NCBI GenBank assembly: GCA_034520965.1
Contig: JAXHMY010000001.1
Span: 960,001-1,024,000, forward strand
Direction: 5' to 3'
Source of the DNA: Spirochaetia bacterium
Lineage (GTDB): Bacteria; Spirochaetota; Spirochaetia; DSM-16054; Sediminispirochaetaceae
DNA length: 64,000 nt
Position numbers and translations under genes: made by a program. The notes under the pieces are model-generated. The model searched no databases. It was given only the letters and a program-made list of their open reading frames with translations, and was not told where the DNA came from. Positions 40,712 to 49,520 of this stretch are shown in pieces (position 1 is the stretch's first letter; every line of letters begins with the position of its first letter).

Positions 40712-41405
40712 ACTTCACAAGAGTGGTGGTTTCAACCATGTAACGGATATTTTTACCCTGTTCCGACCAGAGTTCTTTCTCCATCACCACTACCAATCCG
40801 CTTTCAGCCGGAGAGAAAAAGACTTCCTGCATGCGATAGGAGATTACACCGTCACGGCGGTAATCCGGAAGGCCGAGGGTATAGGTACGGGTAGAACCGC
40901 CCTTGCTGGTTACTGCAAGGTTTATATGAAAAGAGGCGCTTACATCGCGGTCCGAGCCGAAATTCTGCTGTACCAGGGTAAGTACGTATGAGTTTCCCCT
41001 ATAAAAGTCTCGGAATTCGATTCTCTTTTTAGGCTTGTCACCGTCAACATGTACATATACCAGGCGGCCGGTTTTCAGATGATCAACTGAATACTCTGAA
41101 ACCTGCGGTTCAACCTGGTGCAGCAGATTAAAGAGGGCCCCAAAACCGTCCTGCCCCGGTTGTACCTCGTCGGTAAAAACCTTTTTTGTCACTCCGTCGG
41201 GAACAAAGGCGTTCTTATGAACATTCACCGTATAAATTTCTGCATAGGGGCGTTCTTCACCATCTATAACCCCGTATTGGCCGAACATAAACACCGAGGA
41301 GTCTTCAGAAAACCCCAGATTCACAAAGGTCGCCACATCGCCGGCGGCCAGGGGTACTAAAACTGATAAAATCAAAGCTCCAATCAGAATCACTCGTTTT
41401 TGCAT
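40710..41405 (-). CDS. Secreted DUF2259-like protein
   Basis: Signal peptide, 'GDVATFVNLGFSEDSSVFMFGQYG', 'IRYMVET'. Confidence 0.72.
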   Translation of the reverse strand: MQKRVILIGALILSVLVPLAAGDVATFVNLGFSEDSSVFMFGQYGVIDGEERPYAEIYTVNVHKNAFVPDGVTKKVFTDEVQPGQDGFGALFNLLHQVEPQVSEYSVDHLKTGRLVYVHVDGDKPKKRIEFRDFYRGNSYVLTLVQQNFGSDRDVSASFHINLAVTSKGGSTRTYTLGLPDYRRDGVISYRMQEVFFSPAESGLVVVMEKELWSEQGKNIRYMVETTTLVK

Positions 41406-41498
41406 TTGTCCGTCCTCCTCTTTGTATATCGTACAAAAAGCCCGACGACTGTAGATGTTTATATTGATTTTTACGCACAGGATTCGTACAGTGGGGTC

Positions 41499-42305
41499 AT
41501 GACCCGTAAGGTACGAAAACGTTTTTTAATTGGGGCTACCGCCTCAGCACAGTTAGTAGTTATTGTGCATATAGCAGTTATACTTATTCTGTTTCTATTT
41601 TCCCGAGGTCTCGAGACTCTGGACAAGCAGCAGCTTACTGTTCATGAGGGAAATACAGAACTGTTAATAGCTATTCTGGCACTACAGGCAGCCGCCGCGG
41701 CGGGAGCCCAGTTGGGCTTGTACCTTTTTTTCCGTAAAACTCCCTCGCCGGAGGTGTTCTTTTTTCAATTTGCCCTATTGGGCTTCGCCTTCTCTAGCCT
41801 CAGGGTACTGGCCATCCCTATGTCGTACTACCTCACTTCTCTTTTCTCATTTATGCCGCTCACCAAGTTTGTGTTTTTCGGCCGTCTTTTCGCAGTGATG
41901 TGCCTTTTCCTTTCGGGATTATTCTCTACCGGGCTCACCTTCCAGAAACAGGGCTCGTATTTGGCAGGGGCTTTTCTTATTTCGGCGGTAATTTCAATCA
42001 GCCTGCCTGTAGACTGCACAAGCTTCTCCCTGCCCCTAATCTGTAATATTGGTAACGCCATTGATTTTTCACTTGTTATTTATGTGCTGGCTGTTTTCTC
42101 TGTACTTAATTATATATATGCCGCAGGCTTGCACTCTAGCCGTGAATACAGCTTTAACGCCGTCGCAGTTCTGACTGTGATTACCGGAATGCAGTTGGTG
42201 TACTATTTTGCCCATTCCATGATTGGTGTGGTGGGTTTAGTGCTGGTTATTTTCGGAACCTTTATTTTTGCCCACCGTACTCACACCATTTACTTGTGGT
42301 TCTAA
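41499..42305 (+). CDS. Multi-pass membrane protein of unknown function
   Basis: About 8 hydrophobic segments, 'FRKTPSPEVFFF'. TTGATT-N17-TACAGT ends 6 nt before ATG 41499. Confidence 0.78.
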   Translation: MTRKVRKRFLIGATASAQLVVIVHIAVILILFLFSRGLETLDKQQLTVHEGNTELLIAILALQAAAAAGAQLGLYLFFRKTPSPEVFFFQFALLGFAFSSLRVLAIPMSYYLTSLFSFMPLTKFVFFGRLFAVMCLFLSGLFSTGLTFQKQGSYLAGAFLISAVISISLPVDCTSFSLPLICNIGNAIDFSLVIYVLAVFSVLNYIYAAGLHSSREYSFNAVAVLTVITGMQLVYYFAHSMIGVVGLVLVIFGTFIFAHRTHTIYLWF

Positions 42306-42913
42306 ATCATAAACATATAACTTAGTAAGCCAACCCCTACCGGCAGTATTATATTGTCTAAATCTTTTGACGGAATCATTTCCAGCAGAGTCGCTGCAAA
42401 TGCAACCGTCAACGCAGTGGAGAGAGTCGGCAGCGGGCCGAGGGCCAGCAAGAACACTACCAAGAAACAGGCAAGGCTTCCGGCCACAGTTTTACCACCG
42501 CTCAGGGGAATACGAACGCGCCCGATGCTTTTGCCGATTAAACTGGAAAGGCCGTCTCCAAAAGCCAAGGCATAAATTGCCAGGCTGGCCGCCGGTTCGG
42601 GATACAACATCAGTGCCAGCATGGCACCCATGGCCAAAGTAATCGGCCCAAAAACGAGTCCGTTCATATCTCTGCTGCGGGAGGCGCTCATTGTGATAAA
42701 CGACACCACCCCTATTTGTCGCCCCTCAAGCCGCTCCAGCTCCGCCCAGGTATAGAAAAGCACCCCGCTTCCCAGCATGAGTAAAGTTATCTGAAGGTTC
42801 AACGCGGCTAAGGGAGGTACCAATGCGATCAGCATATGGATCGATTTTCTGATTACTTCCGTTGTTAATTCCTGCTGCCGGCTTGTACTAACTGTGTTTA
42901 ATATTGAGCTCAT
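42302..42913 (-). CDS. SEC59/DGK1/VTE5 family CTP-dependent lipid (polyprenol/phytol/diacylglycerol) kinase
   Basis: 'RKSIH', 'LAFGDGLSSLIG', 'GKTVAGSLAC', 'DLDNIILP'. Confidence 0.88.
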   Translation of the reverse strand: MSSILNTVSTSRQQELTTEVIRKSIHMLIALVPPLAALNLQITLLMLGSGVLFYTWAELERLEGRQIGVVSFITMSASRSRDMNGLVFGPITLAMGAMLALMLYPEPAASLAIYALAFGDGLSSLIGKSIGRVRIPLSGGKTVAGSLACFLVVFLLALGPLPTLSTALTVAFAATLLEMIPSKDLDNIILPVGVGLLSYMFMI

Positions 42914-42962
42914 ATATATCCTGTATTTCTTGATTATTTCGTATCTGCATTACTCTTAAACA

Positions 42963-42978
42963 TGCAAGATGCATGCCA
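42963..42978 (-). promoter_or_regulatory. Sigma-54 (-24/-12) promoter
   Basis: Minus strand TGGCATGCATCTTGCA, 50 bp upstream of ATG 42913, with an AT-rich upstream region. Confidence 0.72.
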
Positions 42979-43242
42979 AACATCGAAACTAATGGTTTTT
43001 GTTAATATACTGTTTGGGTGTAGTAATTTAAGTGCAGCTAAGAATAATAGGTATTTTAGGGTAGAAGCAAAAGTGCAGTTTTTTATACAGTTTTATTCAC
43101 AAATTACTACTCTTTCAGGTGGAAATTACAAATGCTGCAGGATTTGCTGAACCTAGAACTCTTTAAAATAGATGGACTCTGTCTACAATATACATCCCGA
43201 GGCCGAATAAATCAACAGGACCTCAGGGATTTCAGTAATTAG

Positions 43243-43632
43243 TCACTCCAGTGATTGAATGTCCGTTTCCGGGAAGTCGCTGCCCTTGTAGAGGAGAGGC
43301 TCTTCCTTCGCAGTTGCGAGGGCGTACGAAAAACAATCCCCATAGTTGAGACCCGCCGCATGTCGACCTTTACCGAAGCGTCGGTATGCATCGAGCGCAA
43401 TTTCCGCCTGCTCCAAGTCCACCTGATCTATCTGAATTTCCGCACGACTCACAAAGAGTATAAGTTGATGTGTACCAGTACTTCCAAAACGAGATTCCAA
43501 TACAATTCCAGCCTCAACATACGTTGCGGCGGACATTCTACGTATCGGAGCGTCCACAATAAAACGGATGAATGTGTCACGTTCGGGCTCGTTTTGCAAA
43601 ACCGCAAGAACAGCTGAGGTATCTATGACCAT
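43243..43632 (-). CDS. vapC: VapC PIN toxin
   Basis: 'MVIDTSAVLA', 'GKGRHAAGLNYGDCFSYALA', 'LLYKGSDF'. Confidence 0.94.
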   Translation of the reverse strand: MVIDTSAVLAVLQNEPERDTFIRFIVDAPIRRMSAATYVEAGIVLESRFGSTGTHQLILFVSRAEIQIDQVDLEQAEIALDAYRRFGKGRHAAGLNYGDCFSYALATAKEEPLLYKGSDFPETDIQSLE

Positions 43633-43891
43633 TACTCTGCGATCCCCCTCTCATCGTAGCCGAGAATTTCATCTGCACTGCGTTTGTCGTGGACCGGAAG
43701 GGCTGCGGTGAATTTGGCGATATCCTGCAGTTCTTTAAAAGAGCGTTCCGATTACGCAATTTCCGTGTTTTTCTGCGCTCGACCGCATCCTGGAGGGCAG
43801 CTGTAACGGCATTGGTAATCGAAGTATTGGTGAGCTCGGCAAGTTCCTTTGCCAGCGCATGCGTCCGTTCATTTTTAATATTCAACGGCAC
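43632..43891 (-). CDS. vapB: VapB antitoxin (frameshift near 43740)
   Basis: 'LNIKNERTHALAKELAELTNTSITNAV', continuing 'SADEILGYDERG' in another frame; TAATG overlap with vapC. Confidence 0.85.
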
Positions 43892-44023
43892 ACTTTTTCT
43901 CCATCAGAGGCTCCTCCATTAAATTTCCTCCATTAAAGCAATTTTTCTTCCTTCTTTAATATACCATAAAAATGGGGCTCTGTGAAGAAACAATTCAGTG
44001 AAATCTACATTTGGAATTGCTGC

Positions 44024-44908
44024 CTACCCAGCTTTGCACACCAGCATAATGTCGCCGACTTCACTGCCGCTGTGGCGGGCTATTACTTTGCACTTGGTCT
44101 TAAAGAGAAAATACAGCCCGCGATCGACCTCCGACAGGGTCTCATAGTTGCCCTGGCCCTTGCTTATCACCACATCCGCCGAATCAAAGAGTCTCGTAAA
44201 TTCAGCGCTGCACATCGACAGGATAGTCCCGGGGGCCTCACTTCCGCTGGAAATCACCGGAACCAGTTCGGTAAGCCCGATCGCCTCGGCATCTTCCAGG
44301 GTGGCGTCGTTGATAATCGGTGCATGGCGCACGGCCACGCTCATTTTGAGCTGGGGGAAGTCCGCACGCAGCTGCTCAATCAGGAGCATGTCAAAGACAA
44401 TTTCGCCGGCATTATCGGCTATGAACAGCAGGGTATCTGCCCCGGCCAGATCCGCCTTCAGGGCCGGCAGGGCAAAGTTCTCGGGGGCCTCGGCGCCTAT
44501 TCTCGACTCCTCGTCGGCCACCAGCTGCTGCATGGTGTGGGTGATGTCTAAATCGGTGGAGACCCCCAGGTCGATACTGTTACCGGCAATCGCAAACTCG
44601 ACGGCGGTGCGCAGGGGCTGGGCGCTGCGGGCAATCAGGCGCCGTACCTCCGGGGCGGCCTCCAGGGCCATACGGTTGCTCTGCTGCTTTTCCCCCGCAA
44701 AGGGGTCCGACTCACCAGTTATTTCACGAATCATGCGGTTGATCTGCAGAGACATCTGCGGAGGGCTCGCATCCGATGGAAAACCGGGCAGCATTTCCGC
44801 CACCCGGTTCAACACCTCCCGCTGTTGGGACTCATCCAGACCGTTACGCCGGGCAATACCCAAGCCGTGGTCCATGAAACAGGAAAAGCAGTCTAAAAAG
44901 GTACGCAT
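44024..44908 (-). CDS. DUF89/ARMT1-like damage-control phosphatase
   Basis: 'LDCFSC', 'AIAGNSID', 'DNAGEIVFD', 'PIINDAT', 'SKGQGNYETL', 'KC'. Confidence 0.92.
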   Translation of the reverse strand: MRTFLDCFSCFMDHGLGIARRNGLDESQQREVLNRVAEMLPGFPSDASPPQMSLQINRMIREITGESDPFAGEKQQSNRMALEAAPEVRRLIARSAQPLRTAVEFAIAGNSIDLGVSTDLDITHTMQQLVADEESRIGAEAPENFALPALKADLAGADTLLFIADNAGEIVFDMLLIEQLRADFPQLKMSVAVRHAPIINDATLEDAEAIGLTELVPVISSGSEAPGTILSMCSAEFTRLFDSADVVISKGQGNYETLSEVDRGLYFLFKTKCKVIARHSGSEVGDIMLVCKAG

Positions 44909-44920
44909 AATATCCGCCGC

Positions 44921-45763
44921 CTATTCCGCGGCGGGAATACCGTTCTTTTCGATATTCTTCAGGGTGTTATCGACAATTGCCTGAAGTGCGGTGGATGAGG
45001 CACTCTGGGGCTTATCGGTAATATAGTGAGTACCCTTGTCCTCGGCCTCCATTAGGGCCTGGTCCAGGGGAATCGCGCCTAAGAAGGGAACCTCCATCTC
45101 CTCTGCCGCCCGCTTGCCCCCGTCTTTCCCAAAGAGGGGGATCTCCTTGCCGCAGTGGGGACACAGCAGCCCGCTCATGTTCTCCACCACGCCCAGCACG
45201 GGTACCTTAAGCTGCTTGGAAAAGTTGACGCTCTTGCGCGAATCGAGTATGGCCACCTGCTGCGGGGTGGTGACGATAATGCTTCCATCGAGTTCCGGTA
45301 TAAGCTGGGCAACCGTCAGGGGCTCGTCGCCGGTTCCGGGGGGAGAGTCTATTACCAGGTAATCCAGGCTGCCCCAGTTTACATCGGCCAGAAACTGCTT
45401 GATCACCCCGATCTTCAGGGGGCCGCGCCAGATTACAGGGGTATCCGGGCCGTGGCCGGCCATCGACAGGCTGACTACCTTGAGGTTTTTATTCACCTCG
45501 AAGGGCTCAATTCCCTCATCGGAGGACAACAGCTGTGCGTTGTCGGCACCCAGCATTTTAGCCACATTGGGGCCGTGCAGGTCGGTATCCATCAAGCCGA
45601 CCTTAAAGCCCTTATCCGCCAGGCTTAAGGCTATATTTACAGAGACGGTGGTTTTACCGACTCCACCCTTTCCGCTCAGTACCAGGATTTTATGGGTAAT
45701 TCCGGCCATCCGCTCTTTTAAGCGGGCATCCTGGGCCTCTCTCTCTTCCTTCTGATCCGCCAT
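44921..45763 (-). CDS. mrp: Mrp/ApbC/NBP35 Fe-S cluster carrier ATPase
   Basis: 'SGKGGVGKTT', 'VIWRGP', 'DSPPGTGD', 'VTTPQ', 'VENMSGLLCPHC'. Confidence 0.93.
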   Translation of the reverse strand: MADQKEEREAQDARLKERMAGITHKILVLSGKGGVGKTTVSVNIALSLADKGFKVGLMDTDLHGPNVAKMLGADNAQLLSSDEGIEPFEVNKNLKVVSLSMAGHGPDTPVIWRGPLKIGVIKQFLADVNWGSLDYLVIDSPPGTGDEPLTVAQLIPELDGSIIVTTPQQVAILDSRKSVNFSKQLKVPVLGVVENMSGLLCPHCGKEIPLFGKDGGKRAAEEMEVPFLGAIPLDQALMEAEDKGTHYITDKPQSASSTALQAIVDNTLKNIEKNGIPAAE

Positions 45764-45784
45764 TTCTCGTTCCTTCCTTTGGAC

Positions 45785-46647
45785 TTACACTTCCGTTATT
45801 TTTTCCCACACGCTCTTCAGCCGATCGGAAATATCATCATCAAAACTACATGCGTAGGGTTTTAAATCCGCCACCGAATCAACTATCCGTTTGTCGTAGG
45901 GAACATCTCCAAGATACCGAATTTTTTTCTCTTCGGCAAATGTGCGCAGCTCTTCGGCCACCTGCGGGTTAATCGTACTCTTATTGATCACCATTCCCAC
46001 GGGAATTCCGAAATGCATGGCCACATCGATCACCCGTTTTACATCGTGCACCCCGGCGGTGGTCGGTTCGGTCACCAGTACCACCATATCCACACCGGTC
46101 ATGGCAGACATCACCGCGCAGCCGGTCCCCGGAGGACCGTCAATCACGACCCAGTCGCTTCCCTGCTGCTCACCGGTACTGCGGGCATTCGAACGAACCA
46201 GCTGCACCAGCTTTCCGGAGTTTCCTCGCCGGCGAAGAGCTGGGCGTGAACCATCGGCCCGAATTTGGTGTCCGACTCAAACCACCGGCCGGCATCGCTG
46301 GTGCGAAAACTGAAGGCTTCGGTGGGACATACCAGCCCGCAGACCCCGCAGCCCTCGCAGGCCACCGAATCTACCACTGCCACTCCGTCCTTCATGCTCA
46401 GGGCGTCGAAGCGGCAGTGCTCTACGCAGATACCGCAGCCGGTGCAGGCGCTCTGGTTCAGCTCGGCCACCCGGCCGCCCTTGAACTCGTGGGTCTCTTT
46501 GACCTCCGGGGCCAGCAGCAGATGCAGGTTGGCCGCATCTACATCGCAGTCGGCAAAGACCGCATTCTGCGCCAGGCAGGCCAGGGAGGCGGAGACAAAG
46601 GTTTTACCGGTGCCCCCCTTTCCGCTGAGAATCACTATCTGTTTCAT
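45785..46647 (-). CDS. MinD-superfamily ATPase with inserted 2x[4Fe-4S] ferredoxin (frameshift near 46220)
   Basis: 'SGKGGTGKT', 'DCDVDAANL', 'CTGCGICVEHC', 'CEGCGVCGLVCP', 'DGPPGTGC'. Confidence 0.9.
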
Positions 46648-47543
46648 GGTTTTTGGCCCTCCTCGGCTACAAGTGCCTCGATCCGGCTGTACATCTCCTG
46701 AAAGTGGCGGCGGAAGTCCGGGTCGGCGGCTACAATACTCTCGCCGCGGGCGTAAAATTCGGCGATCTCCCGGCTGTAGGGAATCCGCATCAGCACCGGC
46801 AGGTTCTTCTTGCGGCAGAACTCCTCCACATCGCTGCGGCCGATGTCGGCCCGGTTTATTACCACCCCCATGGGCATATCCAGATCGCTGAGCACCTGTA
46901 CCGCCAGCTCAAGGTCGTGCAGGCCGAAGGGGGTGTTTTCCGTGACCAGGAGGCTGAAATCCGAATCCTTTACCGCCGTCACCATGGGGCAGGTGGTTCC
47001 CGGGGGCGAGTCGATTATTACCGGGGGGCCCCCCGAAGCTTCTGTGCCCCCCGGGCCCTCCGAAGCAGATCCGCCGATCTGCCGCTTTACCGCACGGATC
47101 AGGGGCGGGGCCAGCACCTCGCCGCTGTTCAGGTCGCCGTACAGCAGGTCTACCCCCGGCACCCGGGCCGAGACCAGTTTTCCGATGGGCCACGGCACCT
47201 CGGTGATTGCATCCTCGGGGCAGACAATTTTGCAGCCCCCGCAGCCGTGACACAAATTGTCAAACACCAGCAGCTTGTCTTTCAGACGGGCCAGGGCGTT
47301 GTATTCGCAAAAGGAGCTGCACAAGCCGCAGGCCGTGCATTTGTCATCGTCGATCCGGGGCACGAGAATCGAAAAATCCTCGCTGCTCCGTGACTCCGGC
47401 CCGAGCTGCAGAAACAGGTGGCTGTTTGGCTCCTCTACATCACAGTCGAGCAGCTGCACCTGCTGCTCCAGGGCCAGGGCCAGTCCCACAGCTACTGTGG
47501 TCTTGCCGGTGCCCCCCTTTCCGCTTGCGACCGAAATAGTCAT
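46644..47543 (-). CDS. MinD-superfamily ATPase with inserted 2x[4Fe-4S] ferredoxin
   Basis: 'SGKGGTGKTT', 'DCDVEEPN', 'CTACGLCSSFC', 'CHGCGGCKIVCP', 'DSPPGTTCP'. Confidence 0.92.
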   Translation of the reverse strand: MTISVASGKGGTGKTTVAVGLALALEQQVQLLDCDVEEPNSHLFLQLGPESRSSEDFSILVPRIDDDKCTACGLCSSFCEYNALARLKDKLLVFDNLCHGCGGCKIVCPEDAITEVPWPIGKLVSARVPGVDLLYGDLNSGEVLAPPLIRAVKRQIGGSASEGPGGTEASGGPPVIIDSPPGTTCPMVTAVKDSDFSLLVTENTPFGLHDLELAVQVLSDLDMPMGVVINRADIGRSDVEEFCRKKNLPVLMRIPYSREIAEFYARGESIVAADPDFRRHFQEMYSRIEALVAEEGQKP

Positions 47544-47555
47544 ACCCGGCCGGCC

Positions 47556-47915
47556 TTACGCGTGTCGGGCGGGACCGGTGGGTCCGCCGGTTTTCTCGAA
47601 TTCCCCAGCCAAAAAGGCCTGTACCGCCGACTCGACCGTGCCCTCGGCATTGGGATACACCTCGATACCCGCGGCGTTCAAGGTTTTGAAGGCGTTGGGC
47701 CCTACCTGCCCGGTCAGCACCGCCCCTACCTCTTGCTCGGCCATGTACTGGCTGGTCTGTACGCCAACCCCGCCGACTCCCGCAGCAAACTCGTTTGGCT
47801 CGAAACGGTAGTCACCGCTCTCGGTATCGTAAAAACAAAAATGGGCGCAGCGGCCGAATCGCGGATCGACATTCGAAGCGCGGTCCTCACCCTGGGAAGT
47901 TATACATATTTTCAT
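47556..47915 (-). CDS. NifB/NifX family cofactor-binding protein
   Basis: 'MKICIT', 'DPRFGRC', 'TGQVGPNAF'. Confidence 0.9.
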   Translation of the reverse strand: MKICITSQGEDRASNVDPRFGRCAHFCFYDTESGDYRFEPNEFAAGVGGVGVQTSQYMAEQEVGAVLTGQVGPNAFKTLNAAGIEVYPNAEGTVESAVQAFLAGEFEKTGGPTGPARHA

Positions 47916-48010
47916 GAAGGTCTCCTCGGTATTTGGTATTTTAAAAATGCAATCATAGTAGCGCGCTGGCCCCGACGGAAGCTCCAGCGGGGCTGCGCGA
48001 GAAACTCAGG

Positions 48011-48415
48011 CTAATGTCCGCCGCAGTCACCGTGGCCGTGCTGGTACCCGTGCTCACCGCCGTGACTGCCGTCGCCATGGCCTTCGCCGTGGGCGCAGAG
48101 GCTCTCGCCCCCCTCAAGGGTGCCGGCCAGGCAGGAGTTCAGTACCTCGTCCACAGTGCCGGTTACCCCGACTATCTGCTCGATATCCATCTGCTGAAAC
48201 AGCTGCTGAGCCCGCTGGCCCATTCCGCCGGCAATAATTACGTTCACCCCGTGATCATGAAGCAGGCGCGGGATGCGCCCCGGCTCATGGCCGGGGTTTT
48301 CAAGTTCGCTTCGCTGCTCGACGCTTCCGTCAACCAGATCAATCAAAGTATAAAGGGGGCAGCGCCCGAAGTGCGCTGCCACATGGCCGGCTTCTGTTGC
48401 AATTGCAATACGCAT
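48011..48415 (-). CDS. NifB/NifX family protein with His-rich tail
   Basis: 'HFGRC', 'NPGH', 'GGMGQRA', C-terminal 'CAHGEGHGDGSHGGEHGYQHGHGDCGGH'. Confidence 0.9.
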   Translation of the reverse strand: MRIAIATEAGHVAAHFGRCPLYTLIDLVDGSVEQRSELENPGHEPGRIPRLLHDHGVNVIIAGGMGQRAQQLFQQMDIEQIVGVTGTVDEVLNSCLAGTLEGGESLCAHGEGHGDGSHGGEHGYQHGHGDCGGH

Positions 48416-48416
48416 A

Positions 48417-48776
48417 CTACTCTCCCTGCTTCTCGGTGTGAATGGCTTCCATTTCACGCTTCAAGAACTCCATACGCTCCTCGAGGGCGGCCATCTCATC
48501 TTCTAATAGGGCCTTGCGGTTTTCCGGGGCACGGGGTGCCTCCGGCCGGTTCCAGGCCATGCCTCGGCCACCCATTCCGCCGGCAAAGCCGCCGCCGTAG
48601 CCTCTGGCCATTCCGCGGCCGAAACCGCCGTGGGCGCGTCCGCCGCCCCAGGCCATTCCCCGACCGGGTCCCGGTGCGCTTGCATATCCGGGTGCCTCGT
48701 TTCCTGCGCAATATCCGAATGCGCGTCCTGTCATTGGTCCCATTCCGTTGGGTCCTGTTCTATCTCCTCGTGGCAT
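48417..48776 (-). CDS. DUF5320 family protein
   Basis: 'MPRGDRTGPNGMGPMTGRAFGYC', Gly/Arg-rich middle, C-terminal coiled coil. Confidence 0.88.
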   Translation of the reverse strand: MPRGDRTGPNGMGPMTGRAFGYCAGNEAPGYASAPGPGRGMAWGGGRAHGGFGRGMARGYGGGFAGGMGGRGMAWNRPEAPRAPENRKALLEDEMAALEERMEFLKREMEAIHTEKQGE

Positions 48777-48805
48777 AATTATACCTCCTTGGGATTTTAT
48801 CCCAG

Positions 48806-49378
48806 CTAATGTGTTGTAGTTTGATTACACTCACGGCATACGCCGTAGAGCTGCAGTACATTCTGCTGCACCGTAAAGCCTTGGTCGGCCTTTACCAGCT
48901 CTTCAAGCTGGTCCAGCAGTTTGTGCTGCTCCTGGGGAATTTCGTTTACGGGAAAGCTTCGCCGGCAGTTACTGCAAATGAGTACCTCCCGCCGACGGCG
49001 CTCGTCCTGCTCGGCCAGCTTATAGCGGGCCTTGCCTTCGCCGGTATCTATCCGGTGGACCATCCCTATTTCAGCCAGCAGCTGCAGGGTGCGGTACACG
49101 GTTGCCAGGCCGATCCCCGGATGACGCTGGTGCACCTGCAGATACACATCGTCGGCACTCAGGTACTCATCGGACTGTTCCAGAATCTCCAGGATAATCT
49201 GCCGCGGTACGGTCAGACGGAGTCCGCGTCCTCTGAAAGGACCTCCCCCGCCATGGCCGCCCCGACAGCCCGGGCCAAAGCCCCCGCCGCGACCTCTGCC
49301 CCGGCCTCCTGGGCCTCCGCGGCCCGGTCCAAAACCGCCGCCGTCACCGGGTACGCTGTTTTCATCTTCTATTCCCAT
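48806..49378 (-). CDS. Fur-family regulator with Gly/Arg-rich N-terminal extension and no His motif
   Basis: 'GLRLTVPRQIIL', 'IGLATVYRTL', 'CSNC', 'YGVCREC'. The usual HHH segment reads 'ERRRREVLIC'. Confidence 0.88.
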   Translation of the reverse strand: MGIEDENSVPGDGGGFGPGRGGPGGRGRGRGGGFGPGCRGGHGGGGPFRGRGLRLTVPRQIILEILEQSDEYLSADDVYLQVHQRHPGIGLATVYRTLQLLAEIGMVHRIDTGEGKARYKLAEQDERRRREVLICSNCRRSFPVNEIPQEQHKLLDQLEELVKADQGFTVQQNVLQLYGVCRECNQTTTH

Positions 49379-49395
49379 GCAGCTCATTCCTTTTT

Positions 49396-49443
49396 GATAA
49401 TCATTCTCATTAACAATATACACCCACTCAGCCAAACCGTCAA
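49396..49443 (-). promoter_or_regulatory. Sigma-70 promoter with adjacent Fur box
   Basis: TTGACG-N17-TATATT immediately followed by GTTAATGAGAATGATTATC, 16/19 match to GATAATGATAATCATTATC. Confidence 0.82.
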
Positions 49444-49520
49444 GGGCTAATAAAAAGAAACAAAGAGCAAAAGCGAGGCGAACTTCCCATACCCTTTAAA
49501 AGCGGATATACTCGGTGGCC

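Noticed and set aside
47960..48002. Hairpin between the two NifX-like genes as a riboswitch or SECIS-like element
   Set aside because: Single imperfect stem, no conserved aptamer motif and no in-frame UGA context.
47556..48415. Nitrogen fixation suggested by NifX-like genes
   Set aside because: No nifH/D/K/E/N in the window, and this family is common outside diazotrophs.
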